64,000 nucleotides of DNA, taken from NCBI GenBank assembly GCA_012026655.1, contig JAAILG010000356.1, positions 1-64,000 of the forward strand, given 5' to 3'. Within the stretch, counting starts at the first letter, position 1; each line of letters begins with the position of its first letter. Shown here in pieces: positions 27,266-41,282 of the stretch. The position numbers were made by a program, and so were the translations under genes. The notes beneath the pieces were generated by a model that saw only the letters and a list, made by a program, of their open reading frames with translations, was not told where the DNA came from and did no database searches. This DNA comes from Hydrolagus affinis. Lineage: Eukaryota.

Positions 27266-29009
27266 CGGGAACATAACGTTCTCCAACCTCTGACACAGTT
27301 CAGACTATTCCTGAATTCTTTACTGTAGAAATGAACGCAGCAGAAAGAGGTGTCTAACCCAACCTAGAGACAGACTGTTTACTTAAGGCCACCCACTTTT
27401 TAATCCATAGCCCTTTGTTCACCTCTTCCTGCTCTGGCCTCTAGTCTCATTAGTTGGCAGCACATGAGTGAAGATCCTCTAGTAGACTTCACGTGATTAG
27501 AACTAGTTTCTTCCACAACGCAGCTCGTGGGTGCACGTCTCATTTCTTGGCCACAGACACTTCAAGGCACATTAGCTGACCAGGGGTGTGATTCAAGACA
27601 ACCCTACCCCCCAGTCTGATCTCAAGGGCTATAGTTCTCAACCATGACGAAACGCAATGTCATACTCCATTACCTTACCACCAATACTTCCTTATACACA
27701 TTCGCTGGCAGTGGCATGTCCCTGCACTAACACCGTAACAATGCAATACCCTGAAGAAAAGTACTTAAAAGGTTTTTAGGATTTACTCTTAAAATCATAG
27801 AAGGCTAAATTTTGGCCGTACTGTAGTCTTTTTCTGAATAGCCTTTTGAAATAATTTGATATGAATCCATACGTACACTTGGTTATATATCTTTTAACCT
27901 ATTGCTTTCTGCTTTAACTACAATGCTTTACGCTCTGCCGCTGTGGTTTTTAATCTCCGGCATCTTGCTTTCCTTTGCTCCTAAATCAGTTTGATACCTC
28001 GGTCATGTGCCTTTTAACCTTAGGAGAGCTGGGCATTCTGTCAGCAGTGTAATATTTGCTCAGATTAATTGCATTGTTCTTATTACCCTCATAAATAGAA
28101 AAGGATTTAAAACTAATAAATTAATAAATGAGACCAAAAGTACTTCCATCTTCCATTGCTGGGGACTGCAATTTTTTTGGCGACTTTCATCTCCAAAGCA
28201 CAGGCCAAGCCATTTGTTGTTTTATTTCACTTGGTACCTAGATTTTCCCACAATTATTCACTTCTGCATTCCCACCTTTTTATGGTCCGTGCTATTCATC
28301 CTGAGATACCACTCTTGACCCTGTTAACTGTTCGTTATTTTTGCTTTGAACTGTTAGTCCATTTAGTGCTTCTTACTTCTTTTGTTCTTTTGTTGTTTAA
28401 TTTTTTTCCGACTGCACCCAGATGATGCTTGGTAGAAAATTCCAAATGTTATTATGTCATGGTTAAGGACTGATTTTCACCTGATATCTTAATGTCAGCA
28501 AATTGCTGGTGCTGTTGAATAATGAAAACTTAAGTGGGCCAGGAAGTTATTTCATATGAGACAAATGCTAGAATTCATCATGAAGTCTTCCCATAAATTT
28601 CCAAACATGTTTTTGTTCTCCATGATATGGGATTAAAATCTGATCCAGGGTTTAAAAAAAGAGGGAATTGTAATCATTAGAAAAATTAAGAGAATAACTA
28701 TATTTCCGGTTGTCCATAATATGTAGTTTGCTGTAAATAAAATTATTGTCAAAATAGGTTGCTACATGACCACATTACGTTTAACAAATATATGTAGAGG
28801 ATTGGATTTGTTGATAATTTAGTTACTTTCAAAATATACAATCTTTGAGTGTTATTAATTTTAGATTTCATCTGCCTTGACTGAGGTGGATGTAAAGGCT
28901 CTTTTGCTACAATTTAAAAGAAATGTGGAGTTTTTTTCTTCTGCTTTAAAGCCCTCCCCCCACCCTCAACCAATCAAAATGTACCCTATATTCACATTAA
29001 TTAGTTGCT

Positions 29010-29170
29010 CATCTCATCAGTCTTTATGGGTTGTTGCTGCAAGGATTAGCAGAACCTTGTTTATATAACAACATTTCACTTCATGTCGGATCAATTATAG
29101 TTTGTGAAGCTCTTTGAGACTTGCATTTTTAATGCGAAAGGTGCTATATAAATGCAAATTGTTGTTGTTG
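29010..29170 (+). mobile_element. SINE/L2 3' portion
   Basis: gtgaagctctttgagac...gaaaggtgctatataaatgcaaattgttgttgttg. Confidence 0.75.
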
Positions 29171-30450
29171 AATAATGAAGACTTGACATAAGTGGCTTAT
29201 GAGGTCATTTCATATGTGAAAAACACTCAAATCAATCATAGGCCTCAAATGTTCAGTTTACTGTATTTGACACCGAGTTAAGTCAGGAAAAAAGGCAACA
29301 ATATTTAAGGATGACATTTGAGCAGGTCTGTGGTAATCCAACTGAAGAGTATACAAAATTAATTTCAAAAGGTCACAATTCTTTCAGCATGCAAAATATC
29401 GAGCAAGCCGCAAACTATCAAGAACTTTTGTTTTCAAAATGATTTTATAAAGGTAAAAGAATATGGAAAAGAAAAGAATGGGAATTCACAAGGACATTAG
29501 AGGATTAGCACACTATAAGCAGTAAATGGCCACCATTTACAGTATTAGTGTACTACATATCTCGGCACATGGGAATACTTGTATAACTAATGCATTTACT
29601 GTGCTTACAAGATCTGAAACCTATTCTTTCTAAACAGAAGAGCAATTTCCTCTATTATTTTCTAACTTAATACAAGAGATAGCTCAGACAGAAAGCGTGT
29701 CAACTCCCAATTTGGGATTTTGAAAAAGGTTGCACTTAGGGTTCAGAATGTGTGTGTAAAAAAAAATCAGGTTACAATGTGCGACGTTGATTTAATAAAT
29801 TGTCTCTCAATTCAATCAAAAGAAACAAATTTAATTTGAAGTCTGTCAGCTCTGGCCTGCTTAACTGGAACAGATCTTTGTAGCTACAAAACAGATCAAT
29901 ATAACTCCTGGAATGCTAGTTTCACTTATTTAATCCTTAAAGAATTTACAAAATTCACTATTGACTTGTATGGCTTGGGTATTTGAATCCTCTTCACAAT
30001 GTGACCATAAGTCGTATTGCTTCTGTATAAACCAATAATACGTTTTTTATGAATTATTACTAGATGTTGAGTGTAGACCATTTCACTTTAATGTTACCTG
30101 AGAATTCATTTTCTGTTAAGATATGGAGTGCAATTTGTGACTGGGAAGGTACAGCTGATCCCACTCTGAGAGACTGAAGTACAGTCAAGGATATAGAGTG
30201 CTATCCAAATGTGATCAGCAGAGGGCAAGAATATTCAGCTTTTAGATATATTTATATCATGGCAGTAAAACAAACAATCTTTCAAACACGGCTCATGTGG
30301 CTCCAGAATCTTTAATTATTTTGTTTCCAACCAATTATATATTATTCACTATTGAAAGGTGCTCTATCAAATGCAAGGATTATATTTGAAAAATACTAAC
30401 ATTTATTATTTTCTCATTTTGCTTGTGTATGAAAATGGTGTTATTGAACA

Positions 30451-30561
30451 ATGATAATAATCCTTGTATTTGATCTAGCACTTCATCGCATCAACGAAAC
30501 TTGTCAAAGTATTTCACAGGAATTGCTGTAAAGTGGAGTGACTGTATTTGTAGGCGAACAG
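30451..30561 (-). mobile_element. SINE 3' tail (faces a short + strand tail at 30352-30384)
   Basis: aataatccttgtatttgatctagcac...ctgtaaagtggagtgactgtatttgtaggcg. Confidence 0.75.
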
Positions 30562-30744
30562 TCAGGTTACAAAATGTGATGCTGATTTATTAATTCAAGT
30601 CACGTAAAATGTTAAATAGCTTGCCTGATGTACTATGTTGGCTCATATCAAGTAGATACACATAAAGAAGTAAATGAGAATGGTTGTCTGGATACATTTG
30701 CTTGCAAGAGAATTTAACCAAGATAGTACGTAGAAGCAAGTTCA

Positions 30745-32400
30745 CTTGTTTATTAGTTAAATAATATTGGGTTTGGGGAAAAGTCAACAAAGTTAACACA
30801 GGCAAGGTTTTGCAGGAAACTCTACAGAGACCGGTAATCTGAAGAAAGGTTATGTAGGATTAAAGTTATTTCCTGCTGCAACTCAAAATGCTGCAGGGTA
30901 GCAATTCTTATCCACAAGTCCTTGTAGGCAAGAATATTAATTTCAATGATAATAGTACCAGAAGTGGTTCAAATTGAAGTGGGACTAGTAACCTTGGCTG
31001 TGCTCACGTGTTCTTTCCTACTCTGGCAAATTTCCCTACCATCCCGCCGGAGTACACCTTCATTTTCAAAGCAGGAATGGAACTCTGCGGAAATCTTATC
31101 TTGAACTGGTTCCTTTTGGGAAGGCTGCCTAATGATCAAGATAGGCTTCAGCCTTGAGGCCTTTACTGGAGAGATGAGATGGGCTGCAGTTGAAAGTTGG
31201 TTAACCTCAAAAGGCATTGGTTACAACTTTTACTTGACTGCACATCAGTTCGAAAGCTTGTGCTTCCAGTTTTTTAATTGAGTGACTTTCCTAGTGTTCA
31301 CTAAATGGTGATACATGGCCCCAGTTGAAATAACAACAGGTGGGTTCTCAACTAATCTTTTTTGCAGTGTGTTGGACATGAACAGGGTGCAAGGCTGGTG
31401 TGAGAAGTGAACAAGATTGTCCAAGTACTTTCTCTTTGGCTGGTAAGAAGAAACCTTCACTTCAATCTGATTTGGCGATTGAATCTCATGTCTTTTACTA
31501 GAAATGTAATGGAACAATGAGGAAAGGCATCTGAGACGTTCGAGGATATATGCTCTTTGAATTGCTTCATTTCTTTTGACCTATTTAAACCAAGATAAGG
31601 TTTCAGAAATGACCAATTTTTACATTTTTTTGTGTTAAATGAACACAAAAAACCATAATGAAACCATAATGGACAAAAATGAAAGACACCCATCTGCTGA
31701 AGAAATGTTCTCTTCTCAATTTGAGCTTTTTCCTCGATATAATAATATAACTGGCAGAAAAAAAATTGTTCAAATGTTAGCATTTTTGAAATTGATCAGT
31801 CGGATAATATTTCTGGAAATGCTAGACAGACATTTTCTAGATATGCGATTTCAGTAATGGACAATGTGAGATGGAGACATATCTGTACTACGCCCCAGGC
31901 AAACTGTCTGTAATGCAAGATTGCAGCTTATTTCACTCTGAGAAGTGTTGGATAGGATTTACATGACTCTTTGCGGTCTATGGAGGATGGGAAGAGATGC
32001 ATCTTTCTGATGCTGGAAGTGCAAGGGTTTTGAGGTGTGTTGTTCCTGGATAGGGGGTTCCTTTGAAGTAAAAATGTATGGTGTAAAGGGTATGACATGT
32101 TAAACATTGTCTTATTGTTAGATCCCACTAAAAGTCGAGATTGGTGCTTTTTGTAGATTAATCTCTTTTGACTGAGTTGGCCTTCTTTAAGACTGGGGAA
32201 GGAGAAAGGTGAGCGGTATCTACTTATGGCTGAACCGGATCAAAGAAAACATGTATTGCCAAAGCCAGGAAGAGGGTCTCAGTAATTCAAGGCAATGTCG
32301 ATGGTGAACTAGTTTGGTCGACTGGCCTTAATGGTGTAGACATATCCTCACTTTGCAGGAGCAAAGCCTTAATGATCCTACATGGACAAGCACTGTGAAA
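30745..32400 (+). mobile_element. Heavily decayed L1-clade LINE ORF2 relic (endonuclease start joined to C-terminal region)
   Basis: Hand translation across frameshifts: LQET (30810-30821), SCCNSKCCRVAILIHKSL (30871-30924), ISFDLFKPR*GFRNDQFLHFL (~31569-31631), CNARLQLISL*EVLDRIYMT (31909-31968), CWKCKG (32011-32028), KKTCIAKARK (32243-32272), colinear with fish-type L1 ORF2 motifs. Confidence 0.75.
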
Positions 32401-33069
32401 CACATCAGTTTCACACTCATAAACTGCTTAGTTAGAATTCTGTATATTATGTATCGGGCTGACCTGTGCCTCCAGCTTCACTCATTAAAGGATGCCATTG
32501 GTAAAGAAAAGTTATTCTTTTGAATAGTGGAAGGCCAGGGAATAGTAAGGAAATAAGAAGGCCACTACTTCAACCATTGATGCTAGCCAAAAAACTGACT
32601 GTAGAAAACCTGTCTGATTAATCAGTCATGAAATGAGTTGAGACAAATTTTCATTTAGCACTATCTGGTAGCTTGTATAGTTCCTTGGTAATGTTGCTGC
32701 ATAGGACCATTATTATTCCTTTTGTATCAAAAGTATGTGTCACAAGCTCATGTATCACTGATTACATTGTTCTACTGTCCTTGGATATTTTTCAACGAAC
32801 AAAAAAAAAGAGAGACTAAATTGATCACGTCAATGATATTGATGAGATAAATCACACACAAAAAGCCCAACATTGAAGCTGCCACTATAAAAAGTTATTC
32901 ATGAAACATATAAAACTAAGAAAATAATCATGGAGGTCACTTGTGAAGGATCCAAGTTGCAATAGTTGTATATTCGCTGCAAGGCAGAGTTTCCCCCAGA
33001 TGCTTATGATTTAGTGGAGATTTTCAAGCAGGTTATTTCATGAATTACACAGTCCGCAATTAAACAGTC

Positions 33070-33420
33070 ACTACACCTTAGAGTACATCTTATGAGACAC
33101 CCTCCTGATGTACAAGGCCCGAGTGGGGGCAGAGGGTGGGGGGGAAGATGGGGAGTTGGCATCCAGTAGAGGGTAGGAGGGTGGCCGAATGCATGGTTGA
33201 GGAAGAAGGTCCTGAGGAATGCCTTGAAGGAGGCAAGTGAGGGAACGAAGCAAAGCGTATTTGGAATGGAATTCCAGAGGGTGGAGACAGAGAGGCTGAA
33301 GGCCTGACTGCCAAAGGTGGATTGAGCTGGGTGTGGGCCATGGTGCAAGGTGGAGTCTGACGAGCAGAGGAAGTGGATAGATTAGTAAGGGTCGGCAAAG
33401 CTATGATGGGCCTTGAAGTC
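33070..33420 (-). mobile_element. L2 LINE ORF2 C-terminus and 3' UTR
   Basis: ORF 33004-33348 contains FGSQAFSLSVSTLWNSIP...SLASFKAFLRTFFLNHAFGHP, the typical L2 ORF2 end (AFS...LWNSLP...SFK..LKT.LF..AF). Confidence 0.85.
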
Positions 33421-34139
33421 TAATAAAAGAGAAACTCCTTGTTTTAAAGATTCCCCCATTGACAGGATAACTCAATATAAAGCAGATTTTGTATTCTTAC
33501 TATAAAGTTTGTCCAAAAAAATCTATTTAAAGAATTGCTTAATTTTAAGGTGAATTTTGTGGGTATTAAAAGGTGCCAAAATTGTACCCAAAATGGAACG
33601 TTTTTCAAACCAGATTGATACTTGATAGATCTTTACCCCTCTATTGTTTCCTGTTATTTAAAGGCTTCAAGATACAGCGCATGTGAAGGTGCTATATAAA
33701 TGCAGGCTGCTATTAATTCCCCTTTTTTGTTAACACACCAGAAATTACAATTTACACTAGAATTTCAGAATTTGCATTACATTTGATGATAGACATGAAG
33801 AAATTTACATCCATCTGTTTTTCACAAAATTAATGACAATCTCAGTTTACTACTGAGTTGAAATACCATCAGACGTGTCAAAAAACAAAACAGCAATCCT
33901 TCGTGTCCAGGAATAATTTACAAAGTGGGAAAAGGAATTATAAATTCAAATGAAAACTTCTCATCATCAGATTCCTTAGGCTATTTATAACCTATATATG
34001 TTTCAAACACATTGTACATCACTTGCAGAAAGATTAGAAATAAAAGCTCAAAGCAACAAAATAAAATGGAATGAAAAGAAAGTGGAGGTTTCAACTATTT
34101 CTATGCTACTTTATCATATCTTGTAAGTACATAATGATA

Positions 34140-34520
34140 AAATTAGACTTGCTAGGGCTCTTCAGTTTTGAGAAGATGTCTCAGGTCACCTTATAGAGTA
34201 TTGAAAAGAGACCTTGAATGGGATTGAATAATTAAACTACGAACAATACATGTAAATGTGCCCAGACAGTAAAACACCTAAATTTTGAGTTACAAAGGGA
34301 AATTGCAAGACAGATTCCAGGAAGGGTTTCTTTACCTAGAGGGTAATTGACACCTGGAACAGGGTCCGAGAGAAGCCAGGATGTTATATTATTTATTATT
34401 ATTTAAGGAAATGGCTTGATGTTATGATGAATGGACAGTAAAGTGGGTATTCTGGATGGGTGAGATCATATTGGACAAAGATCTTTCTTCATTTGAACCA
34501 ATCTTATTATCTTGTGATTG
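34140..34520 (+). mobile_element. CR1 LINE ORF2 C-terminus and 3' UTR
   Basis: LGLFSFE near 34153-34173 and KGNCKTDSRKGFFT*RVIDTWNRV from 34295, matching CR1 motifs LGLFSLE and RK.FFT.RV...WN.L. Confidence 0.8.
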
Positions 34521-37500
34521 TTCATAAATGCTATAGTCTAATCAGGCATACTACTGCATATAAGAAACATGCTATTTAACTATGTTTTAGAATTATAATA
34601 GAATAAGATCGAGACTGCTTTACAGCTATCGCTGTATTATTTAAACTGAATCTCTCTCAGATAGATTAACTAAATAAAAGATTGAGTCTTCTTTGGTCAC
34701 CAGATGTACAACACTTGTGGAAACCAATCAGTGTGCTTAAGACTATCTAAAGCAGACAAGCTTCATATAGACACACAATATGGAAGTTTTTCTTTGTCAC
34801 ACTCATGTGTTATCAGTTAAGTTATTCTGTTTTTATTTCTGGATGCCTTCCCGCCCCATCCTGTTGGCTTCCTCCAACTGCATCCCTCATTATTTTGCCA
34901 TTGCTAGTAAGAATAGCATTTGTGGCCATGAACAAGTTAGTTGAAATTATTTTGGAACTAAAATAAGTATTTTTTTCATCATTTCTCATCACCAAATAGC
35001 TCAGTTAACTCCACCCATAAAATGCCTTTCCTTATATTCAAGATGTGGTTATGCCACTTCTGTCTATCCATCTCTCTCTCTCAAACACACATCCATTGAA
35101 AAGGGGGAAAAGGGAGGCTGTCCTTTACCCTATATAAGCTGCCTTCAATTACTTCATTATTAGTCTAATGAGGTAATTGCATTTCCCCACATGGTTTGTT
35201 AACTGAACCTGCCTCTTCTGGTTCAGCTGTTTCCCCGGTCATAAGCACCAAGACAACTGAATGGCTCAGTTATCAAATTGCGTGGAGTGTAATCAGCAAT
35301 AAAAAGCTTCTGGAAGAGGGTTCCTAGAAGTCAAGTGGAATTCTAATGGGAATCCCATTAAAAATGTTACAAATTATAGACCTAATTCCTTATTGTTCAT
35401 TTCTTTGGAGCAAAGGCAAATCTATCAATTCTTCATTATATATTTGGTGAAAATAGAACACAGACAGGAAATTCAATCAATGATATGTTCCTATCAGTCC
35501 TAAACTGCAATGTATTGAATCTAGTGATTTTCACCTGCTGAACAATGGAGAGTAAGCATCATAATTTCAAAAAAAGAGAAAAGTAGGTGAATATGATAGT
35601 CAATTTGGGTACAGCAACATCCACAAACAGCCATGAAGTCAATCATCAAAGTGAGTTACTGAGAAGCATACAGTGGACATGCTCTATGCATTTCTGAAGG
35701 TTAAGGGTTACAGGAGAAACACGTTCTTGTCAGGTCCAATGGAGTCTTGGGGATATGTGTCTACCACACGGACAACTCCACAGTTCAAGAATGTATTAGT
35801 GGTGGCATGTAAAGGCTTGTGCAGAATGCAACAATACCAATATGCCATGTTAAAGGACCTAACATGATTCCGATCTGCTTCTCGGACTGTTGCCATTTCC
35901 CAAACTAGAAGCTGTTGAAAAATTATCTTGGTTTATCATTGACTTCACATTGAATTCTTTCTGTCTATAAAAGAGTTAGTTTAAATGAATGTGTAAAAGA
36001 GCACATGGTTTTGCTAAATCATTTTTAAAGTGTGTAAAATATTCATTACATATCAACATACAGTGAATGGATATAATATGATGGGCCATGAATAATCGGT
36101 AAAATATTGATCTAACACTGAATTTTTGAATGGTTTGATAATGCAGATGGTTTAACGCTGTTCCATTTTGTTGTTGAGATTGATAGCAGTTCAGATACAC
36201 TTATTTTACACAGCATATATGTAACTTTTAAGACAAAATGACTAACCAGTAAAACTTTTGAGTCTATTGAGATAATCTTTGATTATAGAATAAGACCCCA
36301 CATTTCTGATCATTATGAAAAGCTGATGCTATATATGGAATGGCCCAATAGAGTGGCTTAACAACTGATCACGTGGTGTCAATATCATATATAAGTAGGT
36401 AAGATCATTTCATGTGACCATCACAATTGTAAATGAGTTTAACAAATTCAACAAGAGAACTTGAATTCACGCAGGGTAGTGTCTCGGAGTGCTTAACAGT
36501 GGTAGAGCTCAACACCAAACTGAGGAGTTAAATTTCTGAGTAATCCAGACGCAGGGTTCGGAATAGAACAGAAAAAGAACAACTGGATACAGCATTCCTT
36601 AATCATCGTTTCTTTTTGCTAGTAGCTGAAAAATCTTATTTTGTGCAGACTTGAGACCCATCATTTAAAGTGATCAAAAAGCATTTCCCACTCACCAGAT
36701 TAGGCATTTTGAACACATTAGCGAGGAGGAATGAAATCACAATAATTTATTTTCATCTTCAATTAGCATCAGTGGAAAACGACTTGTTTGTCAACAGTAA
36801 AAGGGGCTTTATTTGTCTGGTATTAAATTGCTGAGGGTAGAAAGGGGGGGCAGTCATTCTTTAGCTGTTTTGGTTTTCAGCCACCTGGCTGGATTGGACA
36901 CAGTGGGAGGGGTTGCTTAACTCCTCTCTATAAAAAGATATCAGCTGAGAAGAATGCCTTTCTATAAATCAGAGAGATATATCATTGCACAACGTGTCTC
37001 ACTGCCAAAACTGAAGGGCAAACTGAGCCAAGGCTAGGAAAGCAGAGCCTCAAAGTATTACATTTAAATGTGGCAGGCTGACCTTACTCTGATGTGCTTG
37101 ATTGTCTGATGCCATGGTTGTGACTAACTTGTTCCACATTTTATTCGATGAGGAATAATCTGGCTCTTATCCCTTCACACAGTGAGTTCCATGTATAGTA
37201 CCCAATAGCATTCTGCATGATCTATCATTAAATTAATGGTTACGTTCTGGGGAGGGCTCGAGGGGAAGTAAGAGGCGGTCTCCTTGGGTATGAGCTGATT
37301 CCAAGGTGACGTGTCTGGCAATAGAAAATCAGAATCAAGTGGATCCTCTGTGGTCATCTCAGTCATCATTTACTGAACCGTGTGGGTTCGCAGCACTGCT
37401 CCTGATAGGCCAGGATGGCTCATTGGCAAGATTCAGAAGTGCAGACTGGTCACTGGGAGCAAAGGTTCTTCCCACGTGGCTCTTGTTAATCCTGCAAGCC

Positions 37501-37689
37501 AAAGTACTAATGCATAGAATGGTCCTCGGTGGGCAAGCAGCAGGAAGCTTGCCAGACAGTGCTTACAATGACTGGGTTTAGCTGGTTAAACTCCAGCAGT
37601 GCCTCATCATATACTCTGTGACTCCAGCTTTCCCAAGCCTTGGCTCTCACCCATCTATGCCTAATGCTTTCCAGAATTAACTAAGCAAG

Positions 37690-37764
37690 GTGTGTACTTC
37701 CGTGGGGAGTGGGATGCCCTCCCGACGTGAAAGGCGCTCTATAAATGTAATTTTTGTTGTTGTT
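37690..37764 (+). mobile_element. L2 3' tail
   Basis: gggatgccctcccgacgtgaaaggcgctctataaatgtaatttttgttgttgttg. Confidence 0.75.
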
Positions 37765-38869
37765 GAGTGTGAGCATTCCATTCTAAACAAAGGGAAATGA
37801 CATGTATAGGTCGTATAAATCGATATTAATTGTGGCTGGTTTGGAAACTCTTGAACAAAGTGATGGGTTTCCAGTTGACCCCAAAAATCTGTACAATATT
37901 GTAAAAGAGAAAATCCTGTACCTATCATTTCCCTCTGTTTCTTTTGCTTTACTTGACAATTTGCCTGGCTGAGAGATTGGGCAATGATCTGTTCCAACCC
38001 ATTTCAAGCATTGTGTAAAACTAGCTGCTAGGAGGTGAAAAGAGCGCCTTAGTTGCCTTGTCCATTAATTTAACTTGCTGCCCCACCATACAAGCACACA
38101 CACACAACCCATTGGGGAAGCACTTGGTCTCCACTTGGCACGTTCTGTGACCATCTTGAACTTGGCCATATGCAGAATCGTAGAAATGAAGCCCTGTCTC
38201 ATCATTGTGGTGCTCATTACACAACCCTTGGGCTATTTGCAATCCTCCTCCCCTTCAGCTGTGGCCCTTGGCAGACTTGCTGTTCAATAGATACCCGCGA
38301 GCCTCCGTTCATGGCCTACCAGCTGTGGAACATTGACCGAGCTGAAATTCAGCCGTTTTTTCCTTTATGTGTTGTCCAGCAAAAGAAAACAAGGGAATAC
38401 TACTGTGTAAGGAGGCAGGCTATCCTGACTTCCATACAGCTAAATAAAAGATCCTATTAGAGAGGAACTATTCAATGCAACCGTTAACCTTGTAGCATTT
38501 CTTCTCTTCCTGTGCAGAAGTGGCTGGCTTCAGCTTGGCAATTACAGTACTTAGAATGTTTGAACTAAGGTGCCTATTACTGTTCTCTGACTTTTCCCAC
38601 TAAGATACTTGTCCCACTTCTCATAGTGATTCCTTGAAGCCAGTATTGGCTTGGATTGTTACCCTCCACAAATTTATTGAATAAGACTGACCTATCACTG
38701 TTTGGAATACTGTCAATACATCCCATCATCTGTATCATTGAAACCAAAACCAGCTACTGTGCTGAGGCAGCAGTTAAGCGTTGGGGCATTTCTGATGTGA
38801 AGAAATCACTGGGTAAAGTATCACTGGGTAAAAATGAAAATTTTTTGTAAATTCGTATTGCCTCTTCAA

Positions 38870-39095
38870 AACCCGATCTCAATCAGCAAGCTTTCAGCCA
38901 ATTTGGCCTCGCTCTCCGGAACTCTCTCCTTAAATCCCTCTTCCTGTCCCCCCTCTCTGCTTCCAAAACTAATTTAAAGAATTATTTCTTTAGCTGCTCC
39001 ACCTATCACTCATCCTCACCAGGCTCCCATTCCATCTCTCTGACATGTTCTCGTATCTGAAAGGTTCTGTACAGATGAACAATTCCTGTTGTTGG
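38870..39095 (+). mobile_element. L2 LINE 3' remnant
   Basis: Translates QAFSQFGLALRNSL...SKTNLKNYFF, then C-rich UTR and a degenerate tail (tgaaaggttctgtacagatg...ctgttgttg). Confidence 0.65.
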
Positions 39096-40719
39096 AAGCA
39101 AAGCAGCAACACTGTGCACTAATTGTGGGTCACACATTAGTTGTCAGGCCCATCAGAAGCCTTCAAGAAATCCAACAGTACTTTTGTTGACGTAGTTAAA
39201 GTGCTGATTTAGGATTCTCTGATAATGGTACACATGTGGTTTAAAAAGAAATTCCAGCACTTAAAGAAATTGTGTATGACAGGTTACAAGCACAAATAGT
39301 TATCCTTTTATCTGCATCAATCACTGACAATTAGACCATCCATTTGTCCACAAATTGTAGTTATCTGTCATTGTACATATTCTTTTGTAATTATGCCTGG
39401 TAGGATGGCTTTGGAAAGGCTGCCTTGGGGTAGCTTTGTGATTTGTGATTGTTCCATGGGTATGTGGGTGGGTGGGGACTGGTGGGTGGAGGGAGGCGTG
39501 ATCTCATTCAATGATGTCTATCATTAAATCTAGGCTTTTTGTCTGTAAATATTTATTTTTAATGTTGAAATAATGTTCATTAAAATACCAAACTATTTTT
39601 CTCAAATTAAACTCAAATGGAATACATTTGTATTAGACTGATATTATAAAGATGGATTTGTAGAGTGGATTTGGCGTGACTAGCATCAGTTACCATCGGG
39701 ATTCAATATTTGTAAATCCAATATGAATCCAGATTGCAAATTCCATGGATTAGACTTCATTACTACCCTTCTCTCCAATCATTAACATATAATAGAGAGG
39801 GAGGAAATTGTAAACATATGTAGCTACAGCTGTTTGTGGACAATGTTGATGATCGCATGTGCAGTTTTGGAAGACTCCTTAAATTCTCTTCCACCTCCTC
39901 ATCCTCTCCCTAGATATTCAGGACTTTTCTGGATGTTAGTGCTAATCGCACAGCTCCCTCCTCCTCCGATAGTCTTTCTCTCGCCAGACCTTCTCCCATA
40001 AGCTTTTCTATGTGTATCACAGCCTTTGATTATTTCCTGCAGCATTTCCTAGTCATATCCATGTAATGGCTTATGTTGGTGGATGTTATAAGAACTTTGC
40101 TAGATTTCAAATGTCAACTCAGATTGGCAGGAGATACCTGCAGACTGATCGTTTGAGGTTGGGGAGAAAAAGCCAACCTGGAGTACTTTAAAGGGATATA
40201 ATGGGCCTAATTTTCGAGCGTTCAGTAATATTGCAGCTAAGTTGCTATTCCTTTTTGGATTGTGAACCCATTAGTAACCGTGACTATTGTAATCAACTCA
40301 GAGTTATTGGCGTTGTTCTATGATAAGATTGCCCTTCACCAGCAGATATATTTTGCATTTGCTTCCCCCCGTGCCTTTGCCCTCAGTGAATTTCACTTAT
40401 TCACTGATGAAACTTATACTGTTTATTTTTTATTGAAACAGAATCTGTTAAAACAGACATAACTATTCACTGATATGACATATAATCATCCAGCTAATGT
40501 TAAATATTCATTTCACTTTAGCTAAATTAGAACTAAAATAATTTGCATATTTCAATTAAATATAATTTGTCTATGGTACTAAAGATTTATGATGCTCAAC
40601 AGTTTTTTTTGAAGAATTTACTACACCTCCAGTAAGTTGTAAAAACATCAATACTTAAGAAGGACACAATACATTTGAAGACTGTTCATAAACAGCTCAA
40701 ACCTTTGACTTTCAGGGCA

Positions 40720-40850
40720 ATAAAGAACAGGGTTCACACTCGTGGGTTGCATTAAGTTGTGATGTGGGAGGACGAAAATGGGAAAGGACTTTTTAGAGAT
40801 ATCAAAGAATTGGGAAGGTACAAACAGGAAGAACTGGGAATAAAAGCAAT
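40720..40850 (+). mobile_element. Possible CR1 ORF2 end remnant
   Basis: TRG followed after a frameshift by IKL*CGRTKMGKDF, loosely like CR1 TRGH..KL...R...R..FF. Confidence 0.3.
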
Positions 40851-40893
40851 GGTTGATATGTAATATAGCAGGGATTCTTGCCAGAGAATGTAC

Positions 40894-41068
40894 TAATAAT
40901 CCTTGCATTTGATATAACACTTTTCACGACTTTTAGACATCACAAAGCACTTCACAGAATATGCAAAAGTGAATTGACCATATATTTGTGGGTGAAATGC
41001 AGCATCTGATTGCGCAGAGCAATGTCCCACAACAGTCATGGATTGAAGTGACCAATTTATTATTATTA
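40894..41068 (-). mobile_element. SINE 3' half
   Basis: taataatccttgcatttgatata...aagcacttcacagaatatg...gattgaagtgaccaattt is the reverse complement of 45900-46084. Confidence 0.85.
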
Positions 41069-41282
41069 CCACCAGAACCCTGCATTGAAGGTTTATTTCT
41101 CCCACATTTATATAACCTAACCCAGCTGTAATCCGTCTTTCTTATTAAACTTTTTAAAATTTCAATTGTATCCAATGGTATCCTTTACATCATAATCTTA
41201 AACACTTGAGTTAAGAGCCAATCGAGAAATTTATAGCAGTGAAAAAGCTTCTCAGCACACTTTAGCAAGCCTCCATTCCTTA

